This document shows, in pieces, positions 1 through 9,547 of a DNA stretch of 64,000 nt. Every line of letters starts with the position of its first letter. The stretch's first letter is position 1. The stretch spans positions 348-64,347 of the forward strand of contig DASTBV010000113.1 of NCBI GenBank assembly GCA_035711805.1, written 5' to 3'. This DNA is from Vicinamibacterales bacterium (GTDB lineage: Bacteria; Acidobacteriota; Vicinamibacteria; Vicinamibacterales; UBA2999). The notes below the pieces were generated by a model. That model saw only the letters and a list, made by a program, of their open reading frames with translations. It was not told the origin of the DNA and did no database searches. Made by a program: the position numbers and the translations under genes.

Positions 1-534
1 CGCCGCGGCCGCTTCATCCGCAAGCCGCCGCAGCCGCGGTGAATACACGTCCGTCATGTCCGGAAAGCGGACGCCAAAGCGGTCGTCGTTCGGGCCGATG
101 AGCGGATTCGACCCGAGGAGGTTGATGTGATCGTCGATGATCATCAACGCGCCCTGCGCGAACGCCGTGTTGATTCCTCCGGCGGCGTTCGTGAGGATCA
201 CCTGCTTGACACCGAGCCGCCCCATGACGCGGATCGCGAACGCGACCGTGGATAGATCGTGTCCCTCGTAGAAGTGGGCACGGCCCGCCAGCGCGGCCAC
301 CCGCCTGGCTCCGAGACTGCCGATCACGAGACGCCCGCTGTGCCCGACGACCGTTGACGGCGGCCAATGCGGCAAATCGCTGTATGGCGCCGCGACGGCA
401 TCGACGAGCTGGTCGGCGAAATCGCCCAGGCCGGAGCCGAGAACGACGGCAGTGTCCGGCGGGGCACCACAGCGGCTGCGGATGTGTGACGCGGTCTCTT
501 CGACGCGCTCGTAAATGTCCGGCGGCGGTGGCAT
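1..534 (-). CDS. punA: purine nucleoside phosphorylase (PunA/PNP family), first 178 codons; 3' end lies beyond the window edge
   Basis: Absent from the ORF track because it runs off the edge. My minus-strand translation from ATG 534-532 reads MPPPPDIYERVEETASHIRSRCGAPPDTAVVLGSGLGDFADQL..GHSGRLVIG..GRAHFYEGHDL..VILTNAAGGIN..MIIDDHINL, matching conserved PNP blocks. The ATG overlaps the nupC stop (TGATG). Confidence 0.8.
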   Translation of the reverse strand, partial: MPPPPDIYERVEETASHIRSRCGAPPDTAVVLGSGLGDFADQLVDAVAAPYSDLPHWPPSTVVGHSGRLVIGSLGARRVAALAGRAHFYEGHDLSTVAFAIRVMGRLGVKQVILTNAAGGINTAFAQGALMIIDDHINLLGSNPLIGPNDDRFGVRFPDMTDVYSPRLRRLADEAAAA

Positions 535-1877
535 CACATCAACATCGAGGCAACGCAGGCGTTAATCAGCGTGGCGAGGAATCCGGCCAGCAACGCGCGT
601 CCGCCGAGGCGCGCCAGATCGCCGCGACGGTTCGGCGCCATGCCGCCGATGCCTCCCAGCTGAATCCCAATCGAGGCGATATTCGCAAAACCTGTCAGCG
701 CAAACGTGGCCAGCACGTACGAGCGCTCGCTGATCACACCCTTGTACTCGCCGGTCAACTTCACGAACGCCACGAACTCATTCGCCACCAGCTTGGTCCC
801 GAGGAGGTCCGCCATCGGGCCAATGTCGGCGGCGGGCACTCCCATGAGGAAGGCGATCGGCGCAAAAATAACGGCAAACACGCGTGCCAGCGTCAGCCCT
901 TCCCAGATCGATCCAAGGAGGAAGTCGAACAGCGCGATGAATGCCAGGAACGCGACCAGCATTGCCGCCACGTTCACCGCCAGCATGAGTCCATCCGACG
1001 CTCCGCCCGCGGCCGCGTCGATGACGTTGACGTGCAGCTTCTCGACGTTGACCGGCGCCTTGCCGGTCGTTTCCGGGTGTTCGAATTCCGGCAGCAGCAG
1101 CTTCGAGAGATAGAGGCCGCACGGCGCAGCCATGACGCTGGTCGTCAGAATAGCGATGGCGTCCGCGCCCAGCGCGATGTAGACGGCCATCACGCCCCCG
1201 GAAATGGTCGCCATGCCGCCAACCATCATCGCGAGCAGCTCCGACTGCGTCATCCGCGGGACGAAGGGTTTGACGATGATGGGGGCCTCGGTCTGCCCCA
1301 TGAAAACGTTGGCGGTAGCGGACAGCGTCTCTGCGCCGCTCGTCCGCATCAGGTACATCATCGCGCGTGCCATCACCCGCACGACGAATTGCAGCACGCC
1401 GAAGTAGTAGAGAACGGTAAAAAACGACGAGATGAAGATGATCGTCGGCAGGGCGGTGAACGCGAACACGAAGCCGTTGTCGGCGCCGAAGATCTCGGCC
1501 ATTTTCGTCTGGTTGGCCAGCACGCCGAACACGAACGTCGAGCCGGCATTGGTGAACTCGAGGAATCGTCCGACGGCGCGGGCGACCGCCGCGAAAAATT
1601 CGTAGCCCGGACGGACGTCGCCGATCTGGAGGCGCAGAATCAGGAGCGCGAACGCAAGCTGGAGGGCGATGCCCCACAGCACCGTGCGCCAGTTCACCCG
1701 ACTGAGATCCGGCGAACACGCCGCCACGATGGCGATGAAACAGAGCGCACCGGCGGCGGCCTGACCGCGGTAGCCGACGACCTGACCGAGCAGCCACGAC
1801 GCTGCGCCAAGCACGATCACAGCCCCGATGGCCATCAAGCGCAGCCGGCGGCTCGAGGCTGAACGCGGAGAATTCAT
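534..1877 (-). CDS. nupC: NupC-family concentrative nucleoside transporter
   Basis: Track ORF 534..2204 trimmed to ATG 1877 (MNSPRSASSRRLRLMAIGAVIV..); the longer form would overlap deoA. Multi-TM protein ending ..GFANIASIGIQLGGIGGMAPNRRGDLARLGGRALLAGFLATL, typical of CNT/NupC. Confidence 0.8.
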   Translation of the reverse strand: MNSPRSASSRRLRLMAIGAVIVLGAASWLLGQVVGYRGQAAAGALCFIAIVAACSPDLSRVNWRTVLWGIALQLAFALLILRLQIGDVRPGYEFFAAVARAVGRFLEFTNAGSTFVFGVLANQTKMAEIFGADNGFVFAFTALPTIIFISSFFTVLYYFGVLQFVVRVMARAMMYLMRTSGAETLSATANVFMGQTEAPIIVKPFVPRMTQSELLAMMVGGMATISGGVMAVYIALGADAIAILTTSVMAAPCGLYLSKLLLPEFEHPETTGKAPVNVEKLHVNVIDAAAGGASDGLMLAVNVAAMLVAFLAFIALFDFLLGSIWEGLTLARVFAVIFAPIAFLMGVPAADIGPMADLLGTKLVANEFVAFVKLTGEYKGVISERSYVLATFALTGFANIASIGIQLGGIGGMAPNRRGDLARLGGRALLAGFLATLINACVASMLM

Positions 1878-1885
1878 TGGCGTGT

Positions 1886-3190
1886 CTAATTCGTGCATAT
1901 GTCGATGAGAATCGGCCGCGCCCGTGGCGCGGTCTCGCCGATGGTAATCGCCCGCTCCGCGAAGGCACGGGCGACGTCGAACGTACTGGCGGTGTTTGTC
2001 AGAAGAGTCAGAACGGTGTCGCCGGCTGATACCTTGTGGCCGACAGGCGCGGCGATCAGCACACCGGCACCGTGATCGATCCGCTCGCCGGCGCGCTCGC
2101 GTCCGGCGCCGAGCGCGATTGCGGCCCGCCCCACCAGTTCGGCACCGAGCCGCAGGACATACCCCGAGCGTGGCGCCGCGACCTCCGTCCGGTACGCGGC
2201 CCACGGGAGCCGTTGATAGTCGTCGACGACCGCTGCATCACCACCCTGGCGCTCGATGATGGCGCGGAGTTTCGCCAGCGCCTCGCCCGACTCGATCGCG
2301 TGCCGGACCGCGCGTCCGGCGCTGCCCGCGTCGTACCGGCCGGACATGATCAACATCCGTGTGGCGACAATCAGGGTCAGCTCCACGAGATCAGCAGGTC
2401 CACGCCCTTTCAGCACCTCGATGCATTCGATGATCTCGACGGCGTTCCCGACGGCATGGCCAATCGGTGCATCCATGCGCGTGATGAGTGCCTCGGTGCG
2501 AAGACCCGCACGCGCCCCGATTTCCACCAGCGATTGGGCCAGCACCCGCGCATCCTGCTCGGTCTTCATGAACGCACCGTCGCCACACTTCACATCGAGG
2601 ACGAGCGCGGTGGATCCTTCCGCCAGCTTCTTGCTCATGATTGAAGCCGAGATGAGCGGGATGCTTTCGATGGTCGCCGTGACGTCGCGCAGCGCGTAAA
2701 TCTTCTTGTCCGCGGGCGCCAGCGCCGGCGACTGCCCGACGATCGCCGCGCCGACGTCGCGCATCAACTGATTGAACTCCGCGATGCTTGCGTCAACGCG
2801 AAAGCCGGGAATCGATTCCAGTTTGTCGACGGTCCCGCCGGTGTGGCCCAGCGCTCGCCCGGACATCTTCGGAACCGCCACGCCGCACGCCGCGACCACA
2901 GGAACCACGATGATGGAGACCTTGTCTCCGACGCCGCCGGTGCTGTGTTTGCCGACCTTCGGTCCAGGAATGCCCGACAGGTCCAAACGGTCGCCGGAGG
3001 CGACCATCGCCTCGGTCAGCGCGGCCGTCTCCTCCCCGTTCATGCCCCGCAGCACGATGGCCATCAGCAGCGCGGCGGCCTGGTAATCGGGCACCGAGCC
3101 GTCGACGACGCCACGGACGAACACGTCGATCTCCGGGCGCGTCAGGGCCTGCCCGTCGCGCTTACGGGCGATGACATCCGCGAATCGCAT
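1886..3190 (-). CDS. deoA: thymidine / pyrimidine-nucleoside phosphorylase
   Basis: 434-aa ORF with family blocks MRFADVIARKRDG..L..EI..F, DYQAAALLMAI, KHSTGGVGDK, SGRALGHTGGT. Confidence 0.9.
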   Translation of the reverse strand: MRFADVIARKRDGQALTRPEIDVFVRGVVDGSVPDYQAAALLMAIVLRGMNGEETAALTEAMVASGDRLDLSGIPGPKVGKHSTGGVGDKVSIIVVPVVAACGVAVPKMSGRALGHTGGTVDKLESIPGFRVDASIAEFNQLMRDVGAAIVGQSPALAPADKKIYALRDVTATIESIPLISASIMSKKLAEGSTALVLDVKCGDGAFMKTEQDARVLAQSLVEIGARAGLRTEALITRMDAPIGHAVGNAVEIIECIEVLKGRGPADLVELTLIVATRMLIMSGRYDAGSAGRAVRHAIESGEALAKLRAIIERQGGDAAVVDDYQRLPWAAYRTEVAAPRSGYVLRLGAELVGRAAIALGAGRERAGERIDHGAGVLIAAPVGHKVSAGDTVLTLLTNTASTFDVARAFAERAITIGETAPRARPILIDICTN

Positions 3191-3224
3191 GGGGAGCCGC
3201 CCAAATATATGCCAGTCGCGCCGG

Positions 3225-3430
3225 GACGGTCTGCGAAGCAGACCGTCAAGCAGACTCTGTTCGTCGGGTCGCGTCGCGACCCGACGTGGCGAAGGCGGAT
3301 GTCAGTCCCGCCGAAGCCGCGCCGCAGCGGAAGGCGGGCGTGCCCGCCGGAGCCCGCCCAGCGGCGAAGGCGGGCGCCAGTCACGCCGAAGCCTCGGCGA
3401 AGGCGGATGACTGCAGGAGCGGGCAAAAAG
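3225..3430. repeat. cluster of REP-like hairpins and four ~33-39 bp tandem units each starting GGCGAAGGCGG
   Basis: Hairpins GACGGTCTGC-gaa-GCAGACCGTC (3225-3247) and GTCGGGTCGCG-t-CGCGACCCGAC (3263-3285). G(G/C)CG(A/G)AAGGCGG recurs at 3288, 3327, 3363 and 3396. Lies in the 316-bp spacer between divergent deoA and the HEAT gene. Confidence 0.7.
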
Positions 3431-3505
3431 CCACGATAAATGGGGAGACGCGGGTCCCCGCCACCGTGAAATTGTGAGCAATTACCGAACACTGTCGCCC
3501 ACGAA

Positions 3506-5749
3506 ATGACATTCTCTGCGCCCGCCGCCGAGCCGCTGCCGGTCGACCAGAGCACGGCACTCGCCGAATTCGCCCGTGCCTGCAAATCTGCCGCACGGTC
3601 CGTGTCGCTCTATCCCGGCACGCATCCCGCGATTGCGGCTTCCTTGTCCCGCGTCACGTCGGCCGGGAAACGGCTGACGGCCGCCGGCGACGTCACGCTC
3701 GGCATCCATCCAGACATGCTCGTCGTCGATGGCCGCGCACCCGCCAGACCGGACACCGCGATCGGCGAACTTGCCGCATTGCTCCATGACCGGCTGGTCG
3801 GGGAACTTCGCGTCACGCGCGAGGCCGCGGCCGAGGATTGGCATTCCCTCCTCCTGATCCTGTCTCGGCCACCGGAGGAGTTGATCCAGGACGGCGGCGT
3901 GGCCAAGGCCTGGGCCGCGTCCGACCGTACTCACCTCGACATCCGGGAGATCGACTACGCGGAGGTGCTCCGGGAACGCGCCGGCGGCGAGGAGGCGGCG
4001 TGGGACCGCATCATTGCCTGCTGCCTGCAGGGCGAAACGGCCGCCCTCGACGATCGAGCGCTGGCCGCGCTTGTCGCGACGGTGACCGATCCAGAGCGCT
4101 TCGGCGAGCTGCTCGCGCGGCTCCAGGCGTCGTCCGCCGTGGCCGGTGCGGGCATGGGCGCGACGGCGGCGGCGCTGCTGCAGCTGCTGCGTACGGCGGT
4201 TGACGCGGCCGCGGCCGAGGGGATCGACACCGAACGCGTCCTCGACACGATGGCGGCGTCGATGTCGCGGCTGACCCCGGAGATGCTGCTCGGCGTGCTC
4301 GCGGCGCGGAAAGCCGGCAGCCCTGAAGAGGCGGCGGTCGCTCGGTCGGTCGTCGATCGCATGAGCGACGACACGATTGCGTCGTTTGTCGCGAACTCCG
4401 TGGCCGTCGATCGCGGGGCTACCGAACGTCTCGCACATGCATTCGAAGCGCTGGTAACGGAGTCGGAGCGAAAGGAACAGCTGCTCGCGCTCGCCGAGGG
4501 GAAGGCGCGCGCGTCGGATCTCGGCAAGGAAGCGAGCTTCGACGATCTGTGGCGCGCCGCTGCCGACATGCTGACGTCGTATTCGGACAAGAAGTACGTG
4601 TCCGACGAGTACGGTCGTGAGCTGTCCTTCGCGAGAACGCGCGCCGTTGAAGTAGAGCGCGTGGCCGACGACCCGCCGCAGCGCGTTCAGCAGTGGCTCG
4701 ACACGATCGATGACAACGCGCTGCGCGAACTGGACGGGCAGCTGCTCCTCGATCTCCTGCGCATCGAGGACGACCCGATTCGCTGGTCGGCACTGGCGGC
4801 GATCGTGGCGGCGGAAGTCGAACGGCGGGTGCTCCTCGGCGAACTCGAAGCCGTCGAAAGCCTCGCCTCGGCAATCCTGCGCGAACAGCACGCGGGCGGG
4901 CGCGGCCTCCTGGTGTCGGCGGCCGCTGGCGTCGCGGACAAGCTGTCCACGGGCCCGCTCCTTCGCCACCTCGTTTCGCAACTGCGGACGGCTGACGATC
5001 GTGGCGTCGCCGCCGCCGCGCGCCTGTGCCACGCGATCGGCGCGGGAGCCGTGCGTCCGCTCGCCGAAGCGCTGGCGGTTGAGGAAAACAGCAAGGCCAT
5101 CCGCGCGCTGCGCGAGATCCTCCTCGATTTCGGCGCCGTTGGCCGCAGCTCCGTCGAACAGTTGAAGACCTCGACGAATCCGGCCGTGCGCCGCACGGCC
5201 ATCGATCTGCTGCGGGTGTTCGGCGGGGACGAGGCGCTGCCCGAGCTCGAGTCCCTGCTCGGGGACGCCGACCAGCAGGTTCAGCGCGACGCCGTGCGCG
5301 CCATCGTTCAGATCGGGTCCGGCGCCGCCTACGCCATCCTGCAGCGCGCGCTCAGCTCGGGGGGCACATCCCGCGACGCCATCGTTCAGCAGCTCATTTC
5401 GATGCGCGACGACAAGGCCATTCCCCTCCTCTGTCACGTGCTGTCCACCACCAGCCCTGGCGGGGCGATGACGGCGGCACACCTGCACATCATGGAAGCG
5501 CTGGGCGGTTTGACGGCCGATCCACAGTCAACGCACGCGCTGCGGCTCGCTCTCCATCGCGGCACGTGGTGGGCACCGTCCAGGACGGCGCGGCTGCGCG
5601 AGGCAGCGGCAACGGCACTGCAGCGGATCGGATCACCGGAAACCGCGGCGGTTCTCGAAGAGGCCGCCACCACCGGCAGCCGCGGGGTTCGCAAGATCGC
5701 CCGAGCCGCCGCATCGGCCGGCACGCGACGCGAACGGAAGAGCGCATGA
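3506..5749 (+). CDS. HEAT/PBS-lyase-repeat protein with an N-terminal domain shared with the downstream HD-GYP protein
   Basis: 747-aa ORF. The C-terminal half has HEAT-like repeats (..NPAVRRTAIDLLRVFGGDEALPELESLLGDADQQVQRDAVRAIVQIG..). Stop overlaps the next start (ATGA at 5746-5749). Confidence 0.65.
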   Translation: MTFSAPAAEPLPVDQSTALAEFARACKSAARSVSLYPGTHPAIAASLSRVTSAGKRLTAAGDVTLGIHPDMLVVDGRAPARPDTAIGELAALLHDRLVGELRVTREAAAEDWHSLLLILSRPPEELIQDGGVAKAWAASDRTHLDIREIDYAEVLRERAGGEEAAWDRIIACCLQGETAALDDRALAALVATVTDPERFGELLARLQASSAVAGAGMGATAAALLQLLRTAVDAAAAEGIDTERVLDTMAASMSRLTPEMLLGVLAARKAGSPEEAAVARSVVDRMSDDTIASFVANSVAVDRGATERLAHAFEALVTESERKEQLLALAEGKARASDLGKEASFDDLWRAAADMLTSYSDKKYVSDEYGRELSFARTRAVEVERVADDPPQRVQQWLDTIDDNALRELDGQLLLDLLRIEDDPIRWSALAAIVAAEVERRVLLGELEAVESLASAILREQHAGGRGLLVSAAAGVADKLSTGPLLRHLVSQLRTADDRGVAAAARLCHAIGAGAVRPLAEALAVEENSKAIRALREILLDFGAVGRSSVEQLKTSTNPAVRRTAIDLLRVFGGDEALPELESLLGDADQQVQRDAVRAIVQIGSGAAYAILQRALSSGGTSRDAIVQQLISMRDDKAIPLLCHVLSTTSPGGAMTAAHLHIMEALGGLTADPQSTHALRLALHRGTWWAPSRTARLREAAATALQRIGSPETAAVLEEAATTGSRGVRKIARAAASAGTRRERKSA

Positions 5750-7095
5750 GCACCACCACGCGCGCCCGCATCGCCGAGGAACTCGCCCGCCGCCTGGCCG
5801 CGGCGCTGCGCGGCGCCCAGCTGTATGCGCCCGATCATCCGATCGTCAAGCGCAACGTCGCCGCGCTTGCGGAAACGATTACCGTGGCACTCGCCGCTCA
5901 CGCCACGCTGACCATCGGCATCGTCGAGGAAGATCTCGTCGTCGGCGATACGCCGGTGCCGCGTGCCGCAGAAACCATGGGCGAGCTGATGCGCCGCCTC
6001 CAGCAGGCCGGCATCGAGCGCATCGTGATCGAGGACGGGGTCGAGCCGGAGGAAATCACCGAGCTCGTGCAGACCGTCGCACGAGCCGAACGGGGCACCG
6101 CACCACCCGCGCCGCGGCTGCAGCACATCCGCGTCGGGAAGCTGCAGGTCGAGCAGCGCGTCGAAGCGGTCGGCGATATGGCCACGTTCCAGCACCTGTA
6201 CCAGGACGCGGTCGGCATTGCCGAACGGCTGTGGGACAGCGCGACCACCGAGGGAAAGCCGGACGCCGACGCCGCGCGCGGCATTGTCGACTCACTGGCG
6301 CAGGCGGTCGCGCAGAACCGGACGGCGCTGCTGGCCCTGACCGCGCTCAAGAACTACGACAACTACACGTTCACCCACATGGTGAACGTGTCGATCCTGA
6401 CCATGGGTCAGGGACGCGGGCTGGGGATCGACGGCGCCGCGCTCCGCCAGCTTGGTCTTGCCGCGCTGCTGCATGACATTGGCAAGGTGAGGACACCGCC
6501 GGAGATTCTCAACAAGACCGAGCAGCTGACCGACCGGGAGTTCGAGATCCTGAAGCGGCACACCGTGGACGGCGCGCAGATTCTGCGGACGACGCCGGAA
6601 GTGCCGGCGCTCGCCCCTGTGGTCGCGTTCGAGCATCATCTGCGCGCTGACGGCACCGGCTATCCGCGCGGCGTGTCGCGGCCCGAACTGAACGTGGCGA
6701 CGATGCTGTGCGGAATCTCCGACGTCTACGACGCGATGCGATCGCAGCGGGTGTATCAACAGGCGTTTCCCACCGATCGCATTCTGTCCGTCCTGCAGAG
6801 AAACGACGGCAAGCAGTTCGATCAGAATCTCGTACGGCGGTTCGTGCAGCTGGTTGGGATCTATCCTGCCGGCAACCTCGTCCGCCTCGACAGCGGGGAG
6901 ACCGCCGTCGTCACCAAGGCCTACGCGCCCGACCCGTACCGGCCGCGAGTAAAGGTTCTCTTCGCCGCCGATCGGACGCCGATCCCGCGGCCATTCGAAG
7001 TCAATCTGTGGGAAGGGCATGAAGGATTCGCCGGCGCCATCCAGGCGCCGCTCGATCCGGCGGAGTACGGAATCGACCCGCTCGTCCACATGTAG
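5746..7095 (+). CDS. HD-GYP domain phosphohydrolase (putative c-di-GMP phosphodiesterase)
   Basis: Track ORF 5566..7095 trimmed to ATG 5746 (MSTTTRARIAEELARRL..). HD-GYP core: FTHMVNVSIL, LLHDIGKVRTP, HTVDGAQIL, HHLRADGTGYPRG. Confidence 0.85.
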   Translation: MSTTTRARIAEELARRLAAALRGAQLYAPDHPIVKRNVAALAETITVALAAHATLTIGIVEEDLVVGDTPVPRAAETMGELMRRLQQAGIERIVIEDGVEPEEITELVQTVARAERGTAPPAPRLQHIRVGKLQVEQRVEAVGDMATFQHLYQDAVGIAERLWDSATTEGKPDADAARGIVDSLAQAVAQNRTALLALTALKNYDNYTFTHMVNVSILTMGQGRGLGIDGAALRQLGLAALLHDIGKVRTPPEILNKTEQLTDREFEILKRHTVDGAQILRTTPEVPALAPVVAFEHHLRADGTGYPRGVSRPELNVATMLCGISDVYDAMRSQRVYQQAFPTDRILSVLQRNDGKQFDQNLVRRFVQLVGIYPAGNLVRLDSGETAVVTKAYAPDPYRPRVKVLFAADRTPIPRPFEVNLWEGHEGFAGAIQAPLDPAEYGIDPLVHM

Positions 7096-7102
7096 ATGCC
7101 AG

Positions 7103-7128
7103 TGGCTTCCGCGTTAAGGCGGAAGCTA
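7103..7128. terminator. REP-like stem-loop just after the HD-GYP stop
   Basis: GCTTCCGC-gttaag-GCGGAAGC, flanked by GTG..TAC. The stem word is related to the hairpin at 47193-47220. No U-tract. Confidence 0.35.
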
Positions 7129-7172
7129 CAATGATCGCACCTGCCTGACTCGCCAACGTTCTCGAGGTCTTC

Positions 7173-8723
7173 ATGAGCATACGGAGACGGGCGCGCGCGC
7201 ATGCCGCCGCGTTCATCGGCGGCGCATTGTGGTTGGCCACGGTCGCCGCCCAGGATCTGTTGCCGAACGCCGGACGGCGATCGGCCTCGCCGCTCGCCGT
7301 GACCGCCATCGACGGCGGCCTGCACTCGAGCGCCGCGCCGCGCGCCGCACTCAAGGCGACCGATTCGCATACGCGGCGGATGCCCGCCAGTGGCCGCTAC
7401 GTCCGAGGCAGCGTCATCGTGAAATTCAGGGCCGGCACATCCGCCGCGCGGAAGGCGGACCTCGTGGCGCTCGTTGCCGGACGCTCCACGCCGAGCCTTC
7501 CCTACGCGGAGTTCGATCTCGTCGCAGTCGATCCGGCTGTCGATCCCGAGGCGGTGGCCAGCCGGCTCTCGGCGCAGCCGGATGTCGCTTACGCCCAGGC
7601 GCGCTATCGGGTACGGCCGCTCTTCCGGCCCAATGACCCGCTCTACGGGCTGCAGTGGAACTTCACGTCGCTCGACATGGAACGCGCCTGGGACATCAAC
7701 CCCGGCTCATCGCCCTCGGTGACTGTGGCGGTCCTCGATAGCGGGATGGCCTACACGAACGTGTCGCTCCAGTTCGTTCAATTCAGCCCGCAGACGATCG
7801 ACGGCGTTGTCTACCCTGCGCTTGGGACGGCGAGCGTTCCGTTTGCGGCTGCGCCGGAGCTCGGGGCCTCCGACAGGTTCGTGTCTCCCTACGATTTCAT
7901 CTGGGATGACCCGCAGCCGGTGGACCTGCATGGTCACGGGACGCACGTCGCGGGGACAATCGGCCAGGTGACGAACAACGCGGCGGGCGTCGCGGGGATC
8001 GCGTTCAACGTGAAGCTGATGCCGGTCAAGGTGATTGATGGCTTCTGGGACGAGTATTTCGAGAGCCCGTTCTTCGGCACCGACGACGTCGTCGCCCGAG
8101 GCATACGCTACGCGGTAGACAACGGCGCGAAAGTGATCAATCTGAGCATCGGTCGCGACGGACCGCCGGCACCTGCGGTGCGCGAAGCCGTCCAGTATGC
8201 CGTGGGCCGCGGCGCATTTCTCGCCGTTGCAGGAGGAAACGAGTTTCTCGAGGGCAACCCGGTCGCGCGCTTCGCGGAGTTTGCGCAGCAGATCAACGGC
8301 ATGGTGTCGGTCGGCGCGATCGGCTCGGACCGGCAGCGCGCGACGTATTCCAGCACGGGACCGTATATCGAACTGGTGGCACCCGGGGGTGATTTCGACC
8401 GCGGTGGTGTCAACGGCATGATCCTGCAGCAGACCTACGACTTCGATTTCACCGACACCTTCCTGAACGGAGCGGGCGGTTTCCGTCCCCCGCGCTTCGA
8501 CGTCTTTGCCTACATCTTCGCTCAGGGGACCTCGATGTCCACGGCCCACGTGTCGGGCCTGGCGGCGCTGCTCTATCAGCAGGGAATTACGAAACCTTCG
8601 GCAATCGAAGCGGCCATGAAGCGCTCGGCTACCGACCTCGGCCCCGCAGGCCGTGACGATCAGTACGGCCACGGCCTGATCAACGCGCGCGCCGCCCTGC
8701 GCGGTCTCGGTATCGTCCGATGA
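7173..8723 (+). CDS. secreted subtilisin-like serine protease (peptidase S8)
   Basis: Catalytic blocks VAVLDSGM (Asp), HGTHVAGTIG (His) and GTSMSTAHVSG (Ser). N-terminal signal-like segment. Confidence 0.85.
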   Translation: MSIRRRARAHAAAFIGGALWLATVAAQDLLPNAGRRSASPLAVTAIDGGLHSSAAPRAALKATDSHTRRMPASGRYVRGSVIVKFRAGTSAARKADLVALVAGRSTPSLPYAEFDLVAVDPAVDPEAVASRLSAQPDVAYAQARYRVRPLFRPNDPLYGLQWNFTSLDMERAWDINPGSSPSVTVAVLDSGMAYTNVSLQFVQFSPQTIDGVVYPALGTASVPFAAAPELGASDRFVSPYDFIWDDPQPVDLHGHGTHVAGTIGQVTNNAAGVAGIAFNVKLMPVKVIDGFWDEYFESPFFGTDDVVARGIRYAVDNGAKVINLSIGRDGPPAPAVREAVQYAVGRGAFLAVAGGNEFLEGNPVARFAEFAQQINGMVSVGAIGSDRQRATYSSTGPYIELVAPGGDFDRGGVNGMILQQTYDFDFTDTFLNGAGGFRPPRFDVFAYIFAQGTSMSTAHVSGLAALLYQQGITKPSAIEAAMKRSATDLGPAGRDDQYGHGLINARAALRGLGIVR

Positions 8724-9547
8724 GCGGCCACCTCCACCAGCTGCGCGAGTTGATTGTGACGCGAGCTCCAGTGGCGCGAGATGATCGTGGCGCGAACCCT
8801 TCGGGTTCGCGAGGCGAGCCTGACAAGGCTCGCCCCACGCTCGCTGTACGGGCCACGGCTCGATGTGTCGTCGTCATGGCGTGTGTCGCGGCGCTGCCGG
8901 CAGTCACCGCAGCGCAGCAGAAACCGCAGCAGAAACCGCCGGCGGCTGTACGGCCCGCTCCCGCACCGCGCGCGCAGACGAGCATTCGCGGCTTCGGCGA
9001 CATCGGGCTCATGCGATTCGCGGCCGCGGACACGTTCGCAGCCACCCTCGGGTCGTCGAGCGGAGCATTCTTCGGAGGCGGCGTGGAGGTCGTCCTTCCG
9101 CAGAATTTCTTCGTCAACGTCCGTCTGTCGCGTTTCCAGAAGACCGGCGAACGCGTGTTCGTGGACGATGGCGAAGTGTTTCCGCTTGGCATCGCGATGG
9201 ACGTCCGTATGACACCTGTCGAACTCACGGGTGGCTACCGCTTTCAGCGGCGTGTCCGCCCGCGACGCGCAATCCCCTTCGTCGGTGGTGGTATCGGCTG
9301 GCACAGGTATTCGGAGACGTCCGATTTCGCGCAGCCCGGCGACGACGTCGACGAACGCTTCACGGGGTACCACGCGCTTGGTGGCGTCGAAGTCCGGATG
9401 TCGAGATGGTTCGGCGTGACCGGAGAAGCCCAGTGGACCACGATCAGCGACGCACTGGGAAGCGAAGTCTCGAGCGCGTCGGAACTCTACGGGGAGTCAA
9501 ACCTGGGGGGACTCGGGTTCCGAGTGCGGTTCGTTATCGGGAAATGA
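8720..9547 (+). CDS. putative small outer-membrane beta-barrel protein
   Basis: ATG 8720 overlaps the S8 stop (ATGA). Alternating beta-strand pattern ending ..NLGGLGFRVRFVIGK. The signal-like stretch CVVVMACVAALPAVTAAQQ sits about 50 aa in, so the true start may be internal (e.g. ATG 8876). Confidence 0.5.
   Translation: MSGHLHQLRELIVTRAPVARDDRGANPSGSRGEPDKARPTLAVRATARCVVVMACVAALPAVTAAQQKPQQKPPAAVRPAPAPRAQTSIRGFGDIGLMRFAAADTFAATLGSSSGAFFGGGVEVVLPQNFFVNVRLSRFQKTGERVFVDDGEVFPLGIAMDVRMTPVELTGGYRFQRRVRPRRAIPFVGGGIGWHRYSETSDFAQPGDDVDERFTGYHALGGVEVRMSRWFGVTGEAQWTTISDALGSEVSSASELYGESNLGGLGFRVRFVIGK

Noticed and set aside
14-367. Track ORF 14..367(-), 117 aa, at the left edge.
   Set aside because: Arg-rich nonsense composition. 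A different minus-strand frame, open to the window edge, gives a clean purine nucleoside phosphorylase N-terminus.
3482-5488. Long ORFs antisense to, or out of frame with, well-supported genes. Examples: 3482..5488(-), 354..1862(+), 11311..13353(-), 20626..22545(+), 24091..25161(+), 34847..36388(-), 49805..51358(-), 58052..59170(-), 59521..60948(-), 62284..63816(-), and the upstream 490 codons of 46125..48641(-).
   Set aside because: These are typical high-GC shadow ORFs. They are Arg/Gly/Ala/Pro-rich with no recognisable motifs. Each lies opposite a gene with clear family signatures such as HEAT/HD-GYP, NupC, PBP2, MreB, ClpX, Lon, MmsA, the MFS transporter and Rho.
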